Part shown: positions 56,636 to 64,000 of the stretch, in pieces
Position numbering within the stretch: position 1 is the first letter of the stretch
Layout of the letters: each line of letters begins with the position of its first letter
From: Octopus vulgaris
Taxonomy: Eukaryota
Direction: 5' to 3'
NCBI GenBank assembly: GCA_951406725.2
Contig: OX597833.1
Location: 14,446,001 to 14,510,000, forward strand
Length of the DNA stretch: 64,000 nt
Position numbers and translations under genes: made by a program
Notes under the pieces: model-generated
The model's input: the letters and a program-made list of their open reading frames with translations, nothing else
Databases searched by the model: none
What the model was told of the DNA's origin: nothing

Positions 56636-57968
56636 TTTTTTTCATTTTATTTAGTTTCAGCCCACAAGCTGTGGCCATGCTGGGGCACCGCCATTTGGTG
56701 TTGCTACATGATTTTATTTCACGAATGCTTTTTAGCAAATGCCATCTGGTGCATGAGAGAGTTCGATGCAGCTGCCCTCATCTGCACCTCCAGCCGTGAA
56801 GTTGGTTCATCTGGGACACCTGACAAGAAGAAATCCAGTTTCATTTTAAAGACATCTGCATCCACCCCATGCAGGTCTCTTAGGTTATTCGGGAGGATAT
56901 TGAAGAGCTGTGGGCCTCGGAAGGCCGAGGCTATCACAGTATCTTGTCCTACATCTTGATGGCAAATTTGGAGTCCTTGGCACTATGCAGTGGCACCTAG
57001 TTCTGGCATTTGTGTAACTCTCGATGCCAAAGTTTGGGACAAGTCCTTCTAGGATCTTCCAGATGTATATTATGGCATATCTTTCTCGCCTACGCCCTAA
57101 GGAATAGAGTCTCAATCTCTTGAGTCTTTCCCAGTAGCTTATATGCTGCACAGAGGCTATCTTCTTCGTGTAGCTTCGTTGGATTGCTTTAAGTTCTATG
57201 ATTAACTTGACACTGGATGGTGACCATAGCTGAGAGCAATAGTGAAAGTCGCTGAGGACAAGTGTCCTCCAGAGGACCACCATGGTTTCCTGGTCTCTTG
57301 TTCTAAAGGTTCTAAGAATCCATCCGGTCAGTCGCCTACATTTCATTGCCAATTTAGCAACATGCACATGAAAGGTTGCATCATCACTCATGTAAATACA
57401 CAGGTCTCGCACTGATTGTGCCTCTGGGATTGCAATCCCTCCAGGTCCAGTGTATTTATTGGGTATTGCATTTAGTTTTGCATGCTGATAGCTTGAAACT
57501 TTTCAGCATTGAACTGCAGGCTATTCTTTTCATCCCACTTTTATATTTTGTCTAGCTCACAATGCAGCTGCTTAGTGTGTTCAGGGTTCTGTATTGCTTG
57601 TGAAACTTTTGTATCATCTGCATAACTTGTGATCGTGGCTCTCTGCATGGCTGAGGGCATGTCTATATATATATATATAGATAGATAGATATATATGCAT
57701 ATATATATATATGCATATATGCATATATGTATATATATATATATGCATATATTTGTGTGCGGCGTGTGTCTGTTTTTGTCTCACTGCCATCGCTTGACAG
57801 CCGATGCTAGTGCATTGACGTCCCAGTAAATTAGCGGTTCGGCAACAGGGACCGATAGAATAAGTACTAGGCCTACAAAGAGTATGTCTTGAGGTCACTT
57901 CCTTCGACTAAAATCACTGAAGGCGGTGCTCCTGAATGGCCGTAATCAAATGAGTGAAACAAATAAAA

Positions 57969-57970
<2 letters not shown>
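56299..57970 (+). mobile_element. Older SINE A split by the LINE (5' half 56299-56465, 3' half about 57755-57970)
   Basis: The two halves are colinear and flank the LINE inside the SINE's internal microsatellite. Confidence 0.7.
56636..57662 (-). mobile_element. 5'-truncated CR1-group LINE: RT C-terminal half plus 3' tail, frameshifted
   Basis: YADD motif at 57613-57624 (TSYADDTKV); RDL.I..SDD..F..HV, LW..LV.S..HYCSQLWSP, IQR..TK.I, SYWERLKRLRLYSL.RRRER, GPQLFNILP, FK.KLD.FL. Confidence 0.9.
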
Positions 57971-58007
<37 letters not shown>

Positions 58008-58010
58008 TAT

Positions 58011-58186
58011 TCCTGCGTCTTCCCTTCTTCTGGATCTTTCCGTTTCCTATGTTTCCGACGAAGAGCTCCGCTCGAAACGTAAAACCCTCCTTCTTCCCAT
58101 CCTTCCTGAGCGTCCAATAATACTATATTTGTTCCACGTCCTTGCGTTGTGTTTTCTCTTTGTGTTTTCATGTTTGGATTAACTTT
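58011..58186 (+). mobile_element. Family D copy 4 (HHR 58051-58085)
   Basis: GTTT-CCGACGA-A-GAGC tcc GCTC-GAAA-CG-TA-AAAC; (TA)n flanks. Confidence 0.8.
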
Positions 58187-58192
58187 ATATAT

Positions 58193-58260
<68 letters not shown>

Positions 58261-58636
58261 TTTTATTCTTTTACCTGTTTCAGTCATTTTCGCATTTGAT
58301 CAGAGCAGTATTACGAGCAAAAAACACTTCATAATTTGCGTCAGAGAATTCTCTAAATTTGCTTATTGACTGATTACTGTAATCCCTATTAAGAGATATG
58401 TAGTTTCTGCAAGTTATATGCGGATGGTTTCGAAGATAGTTTGTGAAGTTATAAAAAGGCTAAGGTCATCTTTCCTCAATTGGATTTCAGATAATATTGC
58501 ATGCTAACAGATGATTAACGTACAGCATCATTGCATGGGATGTGGGATTTAATATAAATTTCATTACATTAACTTGAAGTGATGCTAAATGCATACGTAT
58601 ATACATGTAAACACAAATATGCTTTCATTTCAACAC

Positions 58637-58690
<54 letters not shown>

Positions 58691-58704
58691 ATGTATGTAT
58701 ATAT

Positions 58705-59200
<496 letters not shown>

Positions 59201-59958
59201 ATATTTATCTATATGTGTGTATGTTTGTATGTATGTATATGTACAACCAGTACAATTATTTATGGTGGTCAAATTATATGCTCTGTACATTAGCTTGCTC
59301 CCTGCATCAAAAGAACTCAGTCTGTATAAGTGCACAATGTACCACTTGTAGAGATTGTAGAGATACAACCTGAGATGAAGTGTTTTTTCCAAGAACGCAA
59401 CGAACCAGCTGGCCCAGGAATTGAAACCAAAACCACGATATCAACATTGTATACACTAAGCCGTCGTCTCTCTCGCACGCACACTCACACACACACATAT
59501 TTAAATATACATACACATGTACGCAGATGGAGGGAACTAACACTTCGACAATATAATGAATAAGAATTACCTAAAGCACTTTTATCAAATCATTTATATC
59601 ACTTATTCAACTTTTTTCTCTAACTGTATATATATATATTTTTCATTACTGATATTCACTTTATCTTCAAGAGCTTCTTGACAATAATTCTATGAATATA
59701 TAATTATATTATCTTACTCTAGACATACCTTGTTTCAATTATGTTCAGTTAACTCACTTTTGAATCAGCAGAAAAGTAATGATTTTGCTATAAAAACGAC
59801 ATGTATGCATGTATACACACATATACATAGTTACATAAACACATTCATATATATATATACACAGCCACAGCAGGAAATGTATCAGGACATGAAATGTAAA
59901 AGCCGGACTAGACTACTTTATGCGCAACTCCATTGTCTCCCGAGACAAAAAGGATGCC

Positions 59959-59985
<27 letters not shown>

Positions 59986-59990
<5 letters not shown>

Positions 59991-60785
59991 ATTGGCAGGG
60001 CAAGACTGCTAGGTAGTCGGCCGTATGCTAGAAATAGATCATCAACGATCAAGCTACAAAGAAACACCAGAACCAAATTTGGTGGGCAGGACAGATGAAA
60101 ATTTATATAAAAAACAGAATTAATTGCATACCTCGGTTTCGGCCTTTAACAAAAGAATTACTTACATAATTCAAATGTCCGTGGCTTCATCAGTGCTATC
60201 GTTCAGTTTAAATGCAATCTGAAAAAACTAACCCCAGCTTTCTGTGCCAAGACAGACACGTGCTTAGTTTTACCGATTACATTAGGGATAACATTTCAAA
60301 TGTCTTGGTTCCGGCGCGCTAAGAAATTCCTGAAGCGAAGAACTGCAGTAAATAATTCACTGCGGTTAGTGCTTGCTACTAGAGAACGTATTTATTTCAA
60401 TATTTAAAGCTGGGGTTAGATTTTCAGATTGCATTTACACTGAACGATTGCACTGATGAAGCCACGGACATTTGAATTATGTAAGTAATTCTTTTGTTAA
60501 AGGCCGAAACCGAGGTATGCAATTAATTCTGTTTTTTATATAAATTTTCATCTGTCCTGCCCGCCAAATTTGGTTCTGGTGTTCGCTGAACTTTTCCTCT
60601 AGAGAACTTTCTTTGTAGTTTGATCGTTGATGATCTATTTCTAGCATACGGCCGACTACCTAGCAGTCTGCCCTGCCAATATACACATATATTAGAATTT
60701 TCTCTGACTTCTCAGATTTTTTGTATGCTAGACTACTGGTTTTAAATTGATATTAAAATTAATATTAATTTATCTCCCTCATTAT

Positions 60786-60787
<2 letters not shown>
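59986..60787. mobile_element. PLE-like fold-back insertion in (TA)n with HHRs (- 60123-60199, + 60447-60523)
   Basis: Arms 59986-60241 / 60406-60685, 164-nt spacer, ~100-nt tail; ATTGCA-CTGATGA-aGCC..38 nt..GGCc-GAAA-CCGAGG-TA-TGCAAT. Confidence 0.85.
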
Positions 60788-60820
<33 letters not shown>

Positions 60821-60909
60821 ATATATATGGATGAAAAGGAACACACGAGTTGGTATATATGAAAAAACAAGTCAGGATAGAAAATGCTAAAATAATTTTA
60901 AAAAGAACA

Positions 60910-60952
60910 TTTCAGTACCGGTTTCAGTCATTTGAGACATTTTCAACTGTAA
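60910..60952 (-). ncRNA. Minimal hammerhead motif, U3:A8 core
   Basis: Minus strand TTACAG-TTGAAAA-tGTC tcaaat GACt-GAAA-CCGG-TA-CTGAAA; stem III palindrome ACCGGT; insert abuts (TA)n at about 60828. Confidence 0.65.
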
Positions 60953-61558
60953 CAATTAAAAAAATTAAATTTAGAAAAATTAAAAGAAAAGTTTTTTTAA
61001 AAAGAATATTTGTATAGTGTTCAAATATAAGTGGCATTTTCCTTGTTTCTGCCTTTCTCTGTCTCTCTTGTTTACACTTGTGGGTTCGAGGTCGTTGTGA
61101 ATTCTTGGTAGGGAAGAAGAAGAAGAAGAAGAAGAAGAAGAAGAAGAAGAAGAAGAAGGAGGAGGAGGTGTAGTCAAATCCTATGTTCTAAAATAAGTCG
61201 AAAGGTAAGCTGCTATAAATCGGCACGAACTTTCCGGACAACCCAATAGATTCAAGATAACCTGACAAATGAGACACGTGTGTATATATTTGTCTAAATA
61301 CATCGTTTAACTGGATATTACTCTCCTGTCAGTATGCATCTGATATCAAATAACTTTATCAGTATATATTTACTGCGATATAAAACTTGATTATTTCCTT
61401 AAATTTCCTGTTCGAGATTTGTATATCATGCACAAAAATGGCTCAAAATCTCATATTTCCCATCTAAGTTCTCAGACTTCATGCACTACTGTGACAGTGT
61501 TATTAGTAAGTGTTTATAACTACAAATCTTTAGCACTGTGAGAAACATAGCAGCTTAC

Positions 61559-61629
<71 letters not shown>

Positions 61630-61641
61630 CCTATCAATCTG

Positions 61642-61672
<31 letters not shown>

Positions 61673-61675
61673 CTA

Positions 61676-61721
<46 letters not shown>

Positions 61722-61758
61722 CCTACCAACCTACCTACCTACCTACCTACCTACCTAC

Positions 61759-61815
<57 letters not shown>

Positions 61816-61837
61816 AGTCTATCTATCTATGTATCCT

Positions 61838-62932
61838 TTTACTCTTTTATTCTTTTACTTGTTTCAGTCATTCGACTGCGGCCATGCTGGAGCACCGCCT
61901 TTAGTCGAGCAAATCGATCTTAGGACTTATTCTTTGTAAGCCTAGTACTTATTTATTGCTCTCTTTTGCCGAACCGCTAAGTTACGGAGACGTAAACATA
62001 CCAAGCGATGTTGGGGGAAAAATACAGATACACAAACATATACACACATACATATATATATATATATATACATACATACGACGGGCTTCTTTCAGTTTCC
62101 GTCAACCAAATCCACTCACAAGGCTTTGGTCGGTCCGTGGCTATAGTAGAAGACACTTGCCGAAGGTGCCACGCAGTGGGACCGAACCCAGAACCACGTG
62201 GTTGGCAAGCAAGCTTATTTGTAATTTAATTTTCGATTCCATTATAATATTGATTTTAGGGATTCTGTTGTATTCGCAAAATCCTTTGTCCTTTACAAAA
62301 TCTTTCAATAGTAGAGAAACCTCCACTTTTTTCCGGATATATCCCTGGCTTTTCTGCCATCGACTATAGAAATATTAAAATACGGATGCGACTATCAGCA
62401 TTTTTTTTCTATTATCGAAGGCACCACATGATTGTATAACTATATATCCTTGATCGTTAATCCATGGATATATTCAATGTTTATTTTAAATATACCCTAT
62501 GTATATTTAATGTATATTTTAAATATACCCAGACAAAGGAGTGGCTGTGTGGTAAGTAGCTTGCTTGCCTACCAGATGGTTCCGGGTTCAGATCCAACGC
62601 GTGGCACTTTGACCAAGTGTCTTGTACTATAGCCTCGGGCCGACCAAAGCCTTGTGAGTAGATTTGGTGGACAGAAACCGTAAGGAGCCTGTCGTGTATA
62701 TGTATATATATGTGAGTGTTTGTGTGTCTGTGTATGTCCCCCCAACATCGCTTGACAAACGATGCTGGTGTGTTCATGACCCCCGTAACGTGTGCGTCCC
62801 CGTAACGTAGCAGTTCGGCAAAAGAGACCGATAGTACTAGGCTTACAAAGAATAAGTCATGGGGTCGATTTGCTCTACTAAAGGCGGTGCTCCAGCATGG
62901 TCGCAGTCAAATGACTGAAACAAGTAAAAGAG
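61838..62932. mobile_element. SINE A on - (61838-62216) and on + (62535-62932)
   Basis: Matches to other copies. Confidence 0.88.
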
Positions 62933-63351
62933 TATGTATTTATTTCCAATATATGGATTTATGAACGCAACGAGATGTTTTTAGATTCTGTCTTCAAATT
63001 TCGTTGAGGTCGACTTTTCATTTTACTCTTTCGGTGCCTGTAAAATATATACACGATTGACATAATCGCCTTACTCTTTACTCCTAAAGAAATTGCTGGA
63101 CGTGTGCCAAAATTTGAAATCAAATATATAAATTCATTATATTTTCAAGTTCCTTTAATTAGCTGTCTGTACATATCATTGCAGTATCGCTGTAATTCTA
63201 ATTTCATTCAGATTTCGTCTGTTAACACGTCTTCAAATATTTTGACAAAAACAATATTATGTGAGAAATATATTACAAGAAATGTATCATTCCTGTAATT
63301 AATATTACCTGCTTATTCAGTTTACAAATCGCATTTGCTATGATAATTTTG

Positions 63352-63681
63352 TTGTGTCTGGGGAGAGTCATTTTCTTTTTGTACCTTATAATGTAACACA
63401 CTCACCGGTGAAATTTCCACTTATTTCTTATTTTTATTTTCCTAAAATTTTCGTTGTGTCTTGCAACCTTTTCAATAGTCTTGAGTCAAGACTATTGAAA
63501 AGGTTGCAAGACGCAACAAAAAATTTAGGAATATATAAAAAAGAAATAAATGGAAATTTCACCGGTGAGTGTGTTACATTATAAGGCACAAAAAGAAAAT
63601 GACTCTCCCCAGACACAACAGAATATGCTTCAACACACGAACTCATATAAAGAATCTTACAAGTCAAATCTAAAAACGAAT
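63352..63681. mobile_element. PLE-like fold-back insertion with U3:A8 HHRs (- 63442-63478, + 63492-63528)
   Basis: Arms 63350-63484 / 63486-63620, 1-nt spacer, 61-nt tail, 13-bp TSD TATGATAATTTTG (63339-63351 / 63682-63694). Consensus of arms: CTA-TTGAAAA-G-GTTGC aagac GCAAC-GAAA-AT-TT-TAG. Confidence 0.8.
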
Positions 63682-64000
63682 TATGATAATTTTGATGTAA
63701 AGCTATTGACAACTCTGTTGTACATATTTGAATTCTTGTTTCAGTTTTCAATATTTTTTTTCAACGGTGTACACCAACATTATAGTATTCATACTACTGT
63801 CCACGTAGTGTTGTGCACAAAGGAATTACTTCTACATACTCCACTGTGAACCTCTAATTACGAGAAAACCATCAAGTAAATACGTGATATGGAGAATGTA
63901 ATGTATTTATTTCGCCATGAAGCTGGGCTTTATTTCCCAATGTCCCTTCCTACTAGCTGTACATAAATATATACATCACTATAGTGTTACTCTGGATTTG

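Overview
AT-rich, repeat-saturated, non-coding animal DNA. The SINE families and very dense (TA)n/(CA)n/(TATG)n/(TATC)n/(AAT)n microsatellites suggest an Octopus (coleoid cephalopod) intron or intergenic region; this is inferred from recognising the repeats, not from a search. I cannot support any host protein-coding exon, and nearly all supplied ORFs are microsatellite or SINE read-throughs. Supported content: one full-length DD34D mariner (22551-23842, transposase disabled by a frameshift and a late stop); older Tc1/mariner remnants; a 5'-truncated CR1-group LINE whose 3' tail matches the tail of the dominant SINE; a decayed Neptune-type Penelope-like element (PLE) ORF; non-autonomous Helitrons; and several tRNA-derived SINE families. 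The main finding is about 12 sequence-distinct families of short non-coding inserts, mostly in (TA)n tracts, each with a minimal type I hammerhead ribozyme (HHR) motif (over 20 motifs in 64 kb). Seven inserts are long fold-back palindromes with one HHR on each strand. Across families the catalytic-core 3:8 pair covaries (C3:G8, U3:A8, G3:C8, U3.G8), stem III is usually a short palindrome, and position 17 is never G. These fit PLE pseudo-LTR or retrozyme-like elements. Catalytic activity is untested.
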